DNA of 64,000 bases. It comes from Auanema rhodensis. Taxonomy: Eukaryota; Animalia; Nematoda. The notes below the pieces were generated by a model. It saw nothing but the letters and a program-made list of their open reading frames with translations. It searched no databases and had not been told where the DNA came from. Shown one piece after another: positions 13,097-29,793 of the stretch. The stretch covers positions 15,810,001-15,874,000 of the forward strand of contig OZ059895.1 in NCBI GenBank assembly GCA_964057225.1, read 5' to 3'. The stretch's first letter is position 1, and each line of letters begins with the position of its first letter. Both the position numbers and the translations under genes were made by a program.

Positions 13097-16000
13097 TTTA
13101 TGTTCATTGAATTAGTTGCTTTATGTTACGGCGTATATTATAGTGATGATAATGATGATTTATTATATGTATTTACATTAATTTCTCTCTTCTTTCCGGT
13201 GTACATTATTTTTAAGTATTACCTTGTCCTTTTCATATAATCTCGTCTGTTCTCCAAGAGGGCGAACACAAATCTAGGCAGCAATCCATTAATTAATTCA
13301 ATTTGGTCTATGATAAGCTCATTGTGCTTACTTACCTAAAGCTCACATTTAATCGCCATGTTTCTCAGCGGTTTCATGTTTTAATAGCTTTCGTTATGTT
13401 ACGCAATCTGCTTGTTTCCTCCTTGCTTCTTTAGAAATCTAGCTCAAATTGTCTTCTTTTTCCGTTTGAAATACTTTTAAGTTTCTCAGCTTTTTCTACG
13501 AAGAAGTTTTTTTTCTGTTTTTCTGGACATGGTAAAGTACTGTACGTTTCTACATCTTTCGTGTATAATGCTCAAAGCATCATTTTTTTTGTGTAAACAT
13601 ATTGTCTTAGTTGTCTAAAGTTTGTTTTTTGTGACAATTTTTTAAGAAAATGAACTTTACGGCTTTTATACATATTTGATGGACTATGTTAGTAGCTTTT
13701 CTTGCTTTTCACGCTATTCACCAATAGGGTAATTCGATTAGTTACTTTCTATTCTATCTCTACACTCTAAACAGCAAATGAATTGTCGTGCAAAAGAAAT
13801 GAAATATTACAGCAAAAAACTGGCCAGAACATTCCGTCAAATCTTTTATATGATTTACCTGAATCGCTGTCATTATGAGTCATCAGCCAAATAAGCGATG
13901 ACGTTATTTTCAGCCCGCTAATGGTACTCCAACTTGAGTATTATACAACAATCAACATCTTGTAATGTTCTCAGTTGAGTGCGAAACGATATTTCAAATA
14001 AAACTCTCTCCTTTCCCAGCAGTAGTCAAGCCATGCAATGAAATTCTTATCTTAATGCGCTTCTCGATTCATGTCTTTCACTTTCCAGCCTCCTATAATT
14101 CCAAGAAACTGAATAGCTAAATGTGAATCGTTTTCAGTTTTCTTCTTTCTGTCGAAATATAGCATTGTTGGTCTTTCAATCTACTCATTTCGAATTTCCA
14201 CGCACGTGAAAATTAGGAATATTTTCTTGTTTTTTGAGCGTCATTCCAAACAGACCGGTTGTTTCTCATTTCACATTCGCTGTATTGCTTCTTGTTGCTC
14301 TAAATTTGCTTACATGACGTATTGTTTAATTTTGTTTTGACAGAATTAGAAATATATCAACTAATATACTGTTTGTGGTTATTGCACCTACATATTTATG
14401 ATCATTAATAACCATCTGAGATATTTTTTTACAACAAATTACACATTTGTGAATAATAGAACTCTACAAAGTTATCGATTATTCTTTTTTGTTGTTTTGA
14501 TTTCTCATGTCTTTATATCAATATAAATATATTTTATGAAAATGAAGATGATCAGAGAAGACAAATGTCTTTCTTTTTGTGGAAATAGACTTTGTGTTAG
14601 AATCGATCACCTTCTGGACGGCTGCCCTAACTTTACTAGAGTAGTACTGCTACTCCTTTCAAGCAACTCAACTTTGAAACGAGTGACTTGAGACTAGCTA
14701 TGCTTCTTCCAAATTGTTGCCCTCATTATGATCCACAGTTATTTCTAAATAGCCTGCTGAAGAACGGAGCCATGCAATCCCCTTTATGCTTCACTTAATC
14801 ATCCATAAATGATATTAATGTTTTATTTGGTAGATCTTAATCTTATGTATAAATCGAAGAGTTGTGAAGGCCTCGAAACAGTCGTTTAGTCACTTTCATC
14901 ACGTCAGTCTCCTCTTCTGTCTATGTTTTGGGGGATATTTCATAAATGTCCAAGGACATTTGTACATTTACCAAAGAAATTCGGCTACATTCACCTCTGT
15001 TTTCTTGACTGTAGGCCATTTATAGGAAATTATTTACTTCAATGGTCTGAATGTAATCATTAGTTACATTAGGTACATCTTGTCAGGTTCTGCGAATCCT
15101 CTTTTGAACGCAACCCAATTATTCTACGAACGGCCCTTACTCCTCCTATTTCTGTTTTTCCTCATCCTGTCTGCTTGTGCCATCATTTATTACACGTCTA
15201 TCTCTGATGGTTGCTGTGGTGAATCTAAAAAATGCTAAACTCAATTATTCATTTCGAATTCGATGAGCCATGTTCATAGCTTGAGCAGTCAGATTGTTGG
15301 AGCCAATAGCGCATTTCCTGCCCTGGGCCATTAGAAATAGCTGATTCCCACGCGGATGAACAACAGCATACTTCCCTAGGGTATATAGATGATCCAGAAC
15401 AGCTTTTGAATTTTTGTTCAGTATTATGTTTGTTGCTGATATTGCATGCTGTCTACTCGTTGGTTCTTCTGATCTTATGATAGCTGTAATTATCTGTACC
15501 AGTTTATACTACTAAATATGGTGAGATAATCTCCTACTCCGCTGACCACTGCAATAGTTTTCATTAGGCAGGGTATTGAATGGTACCAAAATACTTCCAG
15601 TCTAGTTAGCCGATCATTAGATATGTCAGATTACAGAAAGGTTTGGTATCGATTGATGTGCCCATCCAGTGACCCCGCCCAAATAACACAGTTGAGGGCA
15701 CACGCTGAGTCCGAGGCCCATCCCGACATTTTTTAAGTTCGGCGTTCCTACGCACCTCCTGCGGAGTATTATTATGGCCTACTTAGCTATTTTATTTTTA
15801 TTTTTTTCTGTTCATTTGTTTCTTTTTGTCTTGTCTATTGTGGAAGTTCATCGGAATTTGTTATATTATAGCCTCAAGTATCCTGTAATCCGTCACTTAT
15901 AGCTGTCTCTTTATAAGCTTTGTGACTTCCTACTTTGATGCATGAGTCCTTGAGGGGAAATGTAAAAAGCCTCCTTCTATAGACTTGACCGTCAACATCA

Positions 16001-17123
16001 GCTTAACTTAGCCAGCTGACATCCAAATCGTTGTTGGAATGTCCGAATTGCGGTCCTGTCTCTACCGTGATTCCAGTTTCAGCAAATTGATCCATATTCC
16101 TATACACGTATACAGATCGAACAGTGAAAACGCCTCGATCTCAGTGTCTTTTTTTGGCTATTCATTCAACCAATAACTGAAGTCCACACCCTATCACAGT
16201 CCGAATGATGAATTAAACAAGGCTGTATTCGTAAATATCGCCTATTACTGTGGTGCTGTCTTAAATATTTCGTTGATATCAGATCTTCACACATGATACT
16301 TAAACAGGAAGTATCTTTATATCTCTATGTATGTATCTCGATATTTGTTTTTGGCATTATTGTGCTAGCTTTACATCATTGCCAGATGTCGTCTTTTCTC
16401 CAAAAATTATCGCCACCCTTGTTTTAACACACCAGATGGTTCCTTCGTAGAACGTCGTTTATCACGCCTACGAGATATGGACTAAAACAACCTTTCATCA
16501 CTTCATTTTCTTAAAAATTTTTTTTTCCCGTTATATCTGGTTGTCGTACTTCTCAGTCAAGTAATTGAATTGGTGCTACAAGATTTGGCGTTCTTTTTTC
16601 CGTCTTTTGTCTCCTCAATTTGTTGTAGCGAATCAGATTTTTTCAAACAAACAATTTGCATAAAATTTGAACTCAAAAGCATCAAAGAGAAGACAGCAGT
16701 TTTGTTTCCTGTGTTTGTTGTATATACTGATCATTCTTAAAAGTTTTGGATCTACGAGAGTTGTGGATGTATTACGAACGGAAGTTGTTTCGTATTCATA
16801 GCATTCCAAAAAAAAAAAAACTTTTGTTGTTCTTTTTTCTATGGCCCTTACTTTCCAGTCTCTAAAATTTCATAACAACTACTGCATTTTTTTATTTTTA
16901 TTTTAAATGTTAATCAATTTAATGTTCTTTAATGTGCTGACCGATTATTATTTCATTGTATGAATGTCTTTTTCAAATATTTTCGATTTTTCTCAACTCG
17001 ACCTATATGACCTGTCTTGCTTGTGACTTTCAACCATTTGAAATCGATGGTCGATAATCGTCATATATATTTTCATTTTCTTCAGTTTTCTACCATTTTT
17101 ATTTATTTTGGAATTTTTTCAAG

Positions 17124-17560
17124 ATGAAACTTATTCTCGTTGTCTGCCTCTTGGCTGTTGCCGCCCTCCCAACCGTTTTTGGAGCCGAGGATGATACTAT
17201 GGAAGATTTACTTAGTTCTGTAAGAGATATTGAAATTTTCAAGATCAGGTACGTTATTTGTGATACGAATGCCAAAATGAGTTCTCATGTAATCTATTCT
17301 TTCTAGAAAATCTGCTATGGCCTGCCCTATTGTTATTGTTGGACCAGCATGCCCCGAAGAGAATCCTCTCTATTATTTCAAATGTTGTGGTGAACTTAAC
17401 TCTTCTTGCTGCTTCAGACTTCAGGTAAAATTATTTTCTCTTTCACTCTTCTAATTTACTATTCTTGCAGGACTGGGTTATGGTTCTCGTTTGTTTCTTG
17501 GTCGTTTGCATCGTTTTGAGCATTATTGTCAACTTTATTCGATGCTTATGTTGCTATTAG
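17124..17560 (+). CDS. Small single-pass membrane protein: signal peptide, Cys-rich ectodomain, TM helix, C-terminal CLCCY (Shisa/CX-like)
   Basis: Three exons give MKLILVVCLLAVAA..., CPIVIVGPACPEENPLYYFKCCGELNSSCCFRLQDW, a TM segment and RCLCCY-stop. Confidence 0.8.
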
Positions 17561-19064
17561 TATGTTATGAGAAACTTACGTAATGGACTCTTAATTCCAT
17601 ATGACCACATATTCCTTCACCCTCTTCGTTCGTTTTCTTTCACTTTGTTTGACGTGTTTATTATTATTACTTTTTGAACATGATTATGACTCATGTTAAT
17701 TTCTCAGTATATATATATGCTTTTTCGCAATTCATACTTATGACTAGTTTGAATCTAACAATATCTTGTTCATCTTGCTCAATTTCAACGTCTTGCCTTA
17801 AGAGGGACAAGGAGATGCTTTTGAATGATATACATTTACAAATGAAACAATTTAGCTATGAGTAAATCTTCTTCTTTGCCCCTTCTCAGGATATTGTTGA
17901 TGTTAGACGAAACAAGCCGGCTTGAACCAAATACTTGAACATTGTCTAGCAGAAATATCATTTTGAAGCATTTAATAAATATTAGATTTACATTTTTATG
18001 AATATTTTGCGGAATTATATTTTTTTCTGCCTTTTTGATACTGAGACGTATCTTTTACAATTCAAACGAGTTAGAATTTGAATTATACTTTGACCTGCCC
18101 TAATCATTTGGAGTATGTTGTCGTGACGAGCGGTTGGTTCTGTAGTTTAATTGGTAAAGCAGGGTATGTTTGTCTTTTTTACATCTCAAATGTTTGTATA
18201 ACAACCTATTGGAATATTGATTAGAAATTTTGATTCAGGTTAACGGTACGGCACAAAAGTCATCTATATATATAAGCCAGTCGAGTCATTTGTTTGCTCT
18301 GTCAATTGATTGGACCTATCTTGAAGGTGAGCAGTCAATGTGAACGTGACTAGAAACATATTGGACTTGGTCATCGCACGACTTCGCTCGCTTAATTAAA
18401 ACGTTTAACTCAGTTTCAACTTGTTAACTCTTGACATTTTCCCTCGATCATTGTACACTCTGTCGACCCCTAGCAACGTGTTTTCACGATATCTATTTGC
18501 CGAGCAACCGGTCTTATCGTCGTTGCCACCGAAACTGCATTGTTCCTTGATGGGGCGTAAAAGCAGATTTATCCTGTCCTCCTTCTCTGTCGTTTTATGA
18601 GAACGATCTCGACGTGCGTTTTCGAAATTCGTTTTTCTTCATTGTTGCTAACTTCATATTGATACATTCCCCCTTAACATTCTGGCCTTCTTATCGGCTC
18701 CAAACCAAACGAAATATCAAACCATATATTAGTCATCTTGAGAATATTTTTTTATTATGTCATATAGGTTCCTGATAAAAATCAACTAATCTCAATTATT
18801 GCTAACTATATAGATTTTCTTATCTGTAGTTTTATTCTATATTAATAATCTTGTTTCAATCCTGAGTTACAAATTTCAGTTTTGCTTGGAAAAATTAAGC
18901 ACAACTTTCTGAACGCGTCATTTGAAGCTCCCGCCTGTAAGAGACAACTGACATTAATACATTGGCGCTTTTTTTGTTTCGTGGCCCATGTTTCGTGTTT
19001 GAATTTACCTTAATTTCTATGTTAATTTTCGCCTCTTATTTTATTCTGCTGCATTTTTAAGGTT

Positions 19065-20397
19065 ATGAAGTATCGTAGTAATATAGATCAAGGCATTTCT
19101 GATAGTAATCATAACTTTTCTGAAAAACCTCTACTAGTACGTTTAAAGGGGAAACTATATGATGTGGCCCAATTTGCAGATAAACATCCTGGCGGAATTA
19201 AGGTAGATTTAGGCCAAAAAATGTTTCCTTAGGTGTATCTTAGGTTTTGCATAAAGTAGCTGGAGAAGACATTGATGAGTTTATGGCGGGAAATGTACGA
19301 ATAGGAGGCGTTAAACATCAACATTCCGATGCAGCATACAAAATGATTGAAAAGTATGATGTTGAAAATTTTCAAAAGGTTGGTATCGAAGTTCAATAAT
19401 GTTGCGTGTGTTTTGCATATGATGTTGTTATGTTGTTCTGAGTTTTTCTTGTTTAAGGGTGATCCTACGCTAGACGCGACTTGTGGAGTATTACCTAAAG
19501 TAAGCCAATTAGGAAGTGATTATTGGATGTGGATACATCAACCTTATGAGGGGACTATTAGGTATACTTTTATATTTTGTATGTTATTATCATTTGCTTC
19601 TGAAGACTATTCGATTCTAATTTCTTGGAGTCATTAACAAGAACACCATGGTGGGCAGTTCCTGCTGTGTGGTTACCTTTGGTAGTACTCTTCAGTTATT
19701 TTTCATTATCTGAGTTTTATGCTTCTTACGGTAAGGTGACTCATATAATAACATTTGTGGATTGTTTTGTCTTCTAGGTTTGTCTAGAGGTGCATTAACG
19801 TGGGCTGTATTATTCTGCATTGGTGTGATATGTTGGACATTACTTGAGTATAGTCTTCACAGATTTGTATTTCACTGGAAACCTAATCCAGAATCACCTA
19901 ATCAATTAGTTTTGCATTTCTTAATCCATGGTATGTTAAAATGACCATGCTTTGCGTTAAGTGGTACCTTTATAGGACTTCACCATAAAACTCCCATGGA
20001 TGGTGATCGCTTGGTATTTCCCCCAACTCCAGCTGCTTTAATTATTGGGTTTTTCTATCTTATTTATTCTAATGTTTTACCCTGGTTTGTATACTTGCTC
20101 TAATTAAGCTTACGAAAGTCTTGTAGGGCTGGCTTCTGCGCTTTTGGGAGCGGAAAACTTTTTGGTTATGTATGTTACGATGTTATTCATTATTATTTAC
20201 ATCATGGTAGACCACAACCTTTGACAAATATGCATTTTAAGAAAGTTTATCATCATAATCATCACTTCAAAGATTTTGACGTTGGTATGTTGCACTCTAT
20301 TTGATTCTCGACATGAACTCCCTGATTTTCAGGTTTCGGTATATCAACATCGTTATGGGATTATATTTTTGATACAGTTGGTATGGGTCCTCTCTAG
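19065..20397 (+). CDS. fath-1: Fatty acid 2-hydroxylase with cytochrome b5 domain (FA2H)
   Basis: [13 protein letters not shown] heme motif, His boxes [34 protein letters not shown] and YHHNHH, and the end [14 protein letters not shown]. Confidence 0.96.
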
Positions 20398-20715
20398 TTT
20401 GTACGCTGGTCATTTTTGCATATGTATAGTGTTAACTATCTGTGATCTTATTTATTCGCAAAAGAAAATTCCTACTTAAATGTTTCATTCTGATAGTTAT
20501 AGTGTTTATTGAAAAAATATTCAAAGAGTTCTAATTTAGGTCTTGCGTTTTCTTAAAGAGCAACAGACTGTTCAAATTATAATATAATAAAACATATCCT
20601 ATTTTGCTGTTGTTCATAATATGTTGTTTGTATGGCTTCTTTCCATAGCTTAATGTTTCAATTGTTGTGGTTTGTGTATATTCTCAAAATTATTTCAGCT
20701 GTTCTAACATTACAA

Positions 20716-20955
20716 ATGTATCTCCGATTCTATCTTGACGAAGAGGGCCGTAGAGTGTACACTTTGAAAGTAGTTTGCCGTTATTTCGAAAATGTGTATG
20801 TGCGATCTGTTTAGAAAACTTCACCGGCCGAAGTAGAGACTCAATCAGCTCACCCTGCTCGTTTCTCTCCTGAGGATAAGAACAGTAAATACAGAGTCAT
20901 CATCAAGAAGAGATTTGGACTCCTTCCAACCCAACAAGCTAAACAAGTTTACTAA
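20716..20955 (+). CDS. nola-3: H/ACA RNP subunit NOP10
   Basis: Two exons give [19 protein letters not shown]...[33 protein letters not shown]. Confidence 0.97.
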
Positions 20956-21059
20956 GTAAGTAAAAATGCTTTCAGCGTATTTGAAGGGTTATTTTCAGAA
21001 ACTTTATAACCTTGATATACTTGTTCACATTTTGCTGTTAATTGTTTTGTATTTTAATC

Positions 21060-21454
21060 ATGTTGTTATGGGAATGGAGGCGAATTTTTAGGCAAAAATT
21101 GAGGGCCATAACGCCTAGATCAAATCTTACCTATCAACAGGTGATATTCGGTGAAGAACACCTATTGATTTTTGTTTATAGTGGTCTCGTCGACGGTTAC
21201 TTTTATCTTTCGTATTGTTCTTTGCTGGCTGGAAAGCATTCGGCTATGCTTTGAACGATATGTTGCTTTGGACGGTTGATGAGGAAACTGGTGTTGGCCG
21301 TTTCCTTACGCCTAGTGAGGGTAAAGCCAGAAGGTATTGCAGATTCTTAACAAAACGGGCTAATTGATATTGTTTCAGAGAAGAAACTGAACGTAACCGT
21401 GATGCTCAATTTCTGCCTGCTCGTGCTCCTAAAAAATTTGATTTTGATGATTAG
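21060..21454 (+). CDS. Small (~100 aa) single-TM protein with Arg-rich N-terminus, probably mitochondrial
   Basis: Three exons join cleanly: MLLWEWRRIFRQKLRAITPRSNLTYQQ/WSRRRLLLSFVLFFAGWKAFGYALNDMLLWTVDEETGVGRFLTPSEGKAR/REETERNRDAQFLPARAPKKFDFDD-stop. Confidence 0.75.
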
Positions 21455-21653
21455 TTGTTTGCTGTATAACTTCAATGATATTGTTGGCAGTATTGTCAGA
21501 AAATCTTGTTGTGTTGTTGCCTTGTTTGTTCTTCGAATAAACATTGTTATAATGAAAAATACCTGTTTAAATGGATTTTCCATGATAATCTATCACTACT
21601 GCTACATCCATATATGGGTTTCTTGGCAGGGTTATTAGAGTTGTTTTCAAGGT

Positions 21654-23734
21654 ATGGAAGTAGATGTAGTTGAAGAACCTTCCACTTCACAGGCTGATAA
21701 TCGAAAAGTACTATACTTTGAAGAAGATGCTGCTAATTTCTGGGTTTCGAATGATGAAGGTATGAGTAATGTTTTTTTCTGAAATCTTATGCTTGAAATA
21801 GACGGCCAAAAGATTAAAAATCTTGTAACTAAATTTATTGAGCTATGGAACCACCGACTTAACGGAAAATTTAAACAAGTATGTTGTAGTGAGTAACAAA
21901 AGCTGAGTTACCACTTATTTAGGGCTCATTAATGTATGTAAAGACAATAATGGCTGTTCATGGTGTGCCATTCACAGAAACAACAGAGCGTCATTTACGT
22001 AATGTTAGAACTGATTTCAATTTCAAATACATTCCCAGTTGCTCAATTCTTGATTTGTATATACATTTCACATAACCAAAGTATTTTGAAGATTTAGCTT
22101 TTCTGACATATCCAATTTCGAATGTAAATTGCGTAGGGCTATTCACACCCATGAGAAGATAAAATTCGCTTATAGTCATTTTAGGTCAGTTTTGTTGTTT
22201 GATTCACGAGGTATCATCAGATATTTTAAGTAATTCTGCCCAAGTCCACGAAAATTCTATAATTTCAAAACTTGCACAGTTCACCCGAAGATTGGATTAT
22301 AGAAGTGTAGCACATCATCTAGGTAAAAAGCTGATACAACCTAGATGTAACAATATCTAATCTAATTTCAGGTTATTTCTATGCTTTACGATTTCATCGA
22401 GATATGGAAGATATTGGAATGTTTTATAGCTTCAAGATGTCGTATAATTCTAAAGTAGAATATGCCTATTATGTGCAATTAATCCTTCAAATATTAATAT
22501 CGACTAAAACTGTAACTTTTTTCTCAAATAGTTCTTGGCTAAATAACTATTCAGAATCCCAGAACTAATATGAAGGTATTTCTTCGACGATTAGCAGTCA
22601 ATGTTCTAGCTTTTGTAAATTATTGGTTAAGTTCAAAAACTATCCGATTTTCTTATAACTTCTCATATTCAGTGTTAATATTTCGATTATTCCATTATTA
22701 TGTGAAATAGTATGTGCAGCTCTTCAATATGGTTATACAGAGATAGCTACTGAACTTGTGATGAATGAGAGCAAGTTGAAAGTTACTCAGAAACATGATG
22801 AAGTATAATTTATTATTTTTGAAAAATTTTTATTTTTATTAACAATTACAGGATACGTCAACTTTTGCAATAAATAAGATGATAATCTTCTATCAGCAAT
22901 TTAAACGTGGAGATTTAGCAAATGCGGTAAAGATAAAAGTAGTTGATGAGATTATGAGCATGTATATCAGTTAGTATTTTGTGCTTTTAACTCATCTTTC
23001 GTATTATGTTTAGCTCTCGCTGATCCACCTTTCATCTTGTTTGATCTTTGTATGCGGCTACAATCTGATCTCAATTATAGGGAAGATGAAAAGTAAAGTT
23101 GTAGTTTTTCTTACATAGGTGCATCTTTTACTAATTTCAGATATGAGATTATTTCACAGATGGTGTCAAATCAGCCTTATTTTCTTAAAAGGGTTGTAAA
23201 TCTTTTGCGAGAAATTGGACAAGCTCAGGATATTCCAATTGCTATGGATGTGGTTAGTTCAATTTTTATGAAACAGTTGATTCAAGAAATCCAGATAGGA
23301 AATATTAGTGATGCTAAAATCCATGAAAGTTGCGATATTTATTTAGATCTGTGTCAAGATCGAATAGACAAACCTTCCAAGTAAGCTTAGGAGTTTTCCT
23401 CTTTTTTTAAATTTTTCATGTTTTTAGTTTTGGAGTTATTGAAGAAGTATTGACTCAATGTGTTGATAGATTATTTCGCTTTTTGGATTATGCATCAAAC
23501 AGAAAAAATGAAGTTGCTTGGAAGCAGTTATGGAAAGTCATTCAAAAAGTGCCTCCTGAAAGGTTTAATCTTCTATTATAAGATAAATTATTTATTATTT
23601 TTTGCTTTAGTGTTCAAGCGATGTGGATGATCAGAAAATCTTGGTGGCCAAAGTTTCACAGTTGTCATTGGGAAAGTGAGGCCTCCAAATATAGAGCAGA
23701 AGTACTAACAGCTTTATCAACAGAGCTTCACTAA
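21654..23734 (+). CDS. Helical-repeat protein, TAF1A (Pol I SL1 subunit TAFI48)-like
   Basis: Many-exon ORF whose C-terminus RLFRFLDYASNRKNEVAWKQL...MWMIRKSWWPKFH resembles the recalled TAF1A motif LFxxLDF...KNxxAWK...WxxRKxWWPxFH. Confidence 0.65.
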
Positions 23735-24380
23735 AATTAGTTATTATTGCTTTCATATTTATAATGTGATTTTGGAAAACTGAGATATACATATCTTTAC
23801 ATTTTTTTCATGAATTAAATTCATAAATTTTGAGTTAAGCTTGTAAATTACGGTTTCTAGTATACCGTGTGCAATTTCTTACTGTTCATCTGTTCTGATA
23901 GTTTTTAAAATTGTTGTAGAAGTTTGATGCCAGCTCCGGCATATCACGATTTGTCTTTTGAGTTCGAGAACAAGCAAATTCACTTCAGTATTACCCAGCA
24001 CGAAAATAGTGATCTTGTGGTAATATATGAAGTTGATTAAGATTTGTTTTGTAACATGCATTATAGACTTTCTCGAACATCGGACGTATCGGACAAATAA
24101 TTGAAGTAATCTTCCCAGACCCTATTATCAACGAATTTAATATAAGACGAAAGCAGAAAGGTGTAGAATACGAGTGTAAGCAACTTCTTGGTGCTGACGA
24201 CGTATGATTACTTTCTTAACGAAAATATATAGACAATTCTGATTCAGGAGGCTTCTCATCTTTTTATCAGGCGTCTGGTCATATCACTCGCTCAAGGAAG
24301 CCGCCGTAAATCATTAATTGTTTCTCTAGGTATCCTGTCTTTATATAATAAATAAGTATTGAAATGAAATTCAGGGTTTG

Positions 24381-29009
<4,629 letters not shown>

Positions 29010-29185
29010 TGTTTTGTTTTATATCTTCGTAGTTTAATCTAATTTTCCTGTTTTTCTTTGACGTTTGTTTGAACAATTTCGTTTTGATAATTATTTATTT
29101 CTAGATTATATCCACAATTCAATATCGCATATCATTTTGGAATAAATAATTAAATTAGTTTTCCTTTTTTGAAATTATTATTGTT

Positions 29186-29461
29186 TCATCTTTTAACAGG
29201 CAATGAATTCCTGCTCATCAGATTTCCTAAAGAATTTCTTTTAAATCCTTAACTTTCTAAAATGGACTCACCTCTCTGTTGTGCTAGCAACTTGGATAAC
29301 TTAGCTGCCTCTTGAATCATATTCGAAGAGTTTCCGCTAGCGTTTTGAACAAGCTGTATCAATCCTTTGTTTAATACAAAGAATCTCGGCGGGAGAGGGG
29401 GAAAGCCATGTAAGCTTGGTCGATTACGAGGTGTTTTCAATATTTTCTGCTTAATAGACAT
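29186..29461 (-). CDS. Hypothetical small basic protein (~76 aa, 2 exons)
   Basis: ORF MSIKQKILKTPRNRPSLHGFPPLPPRFF... has a G|GTGAGT donor that splices in frame to a TTTAG acceptor, giving GNLMSRNSLPVKR-stop. It lies just downstream of FIG4 on the same strand. Confidence 0.4.
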
Positions 29462-29793
29462 ACTTGATACTCCTGTTCAGTGAAGAAATTCGAATATGTG
29501 AGCGTGTGAGTGCTGAAATGGAATCAAATTCTGCATTAGCTCCTCCCATTGATTAAGCTTCACAACTGCAAGTTTTCGAATATGAAGCTCTGCACATGAG
29601 TGATGCAGGATTTTCCTTGGTAATTAGGCTAATATTTCCATGTGTTGAACTCAAGCAAGCCTAATGATGGTATACTTTTCTGCAGCAATTAAATATAATG
29701 GGAAATGTGAAACACATATTTTAGATTTTATTAGAAAAAAAGTAAATTATTTGTACATATCACAATAAATATCACTTGAGAATAGCTGATATG

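Noticed and set aside
16192-16213. miR-2/miR-43 family miRNA (TATCACAG seed)
   Set aside because: No well-paired ~60-nt precursor hairpin, and a seed match alone is expected by chance.
18136-18165. tRNA gene (GGTTCTGTAGTTTAATTGGTAAAGCA looks like acceptor + D-arm)
   Set aside because: No anticodon stem, T-arm or matching 3' acceptor strand follows.
20956-21460. Structured ncRNA (telomerase RNA or snoRNA) downstream of NOP10, suggested by GTAAGT after the stop, hairpins and GCCTAG motifs
   Set aside because: There is no 1.5x GCCTAA template, and the region is fully explained by a three-exon protein-coding gene.
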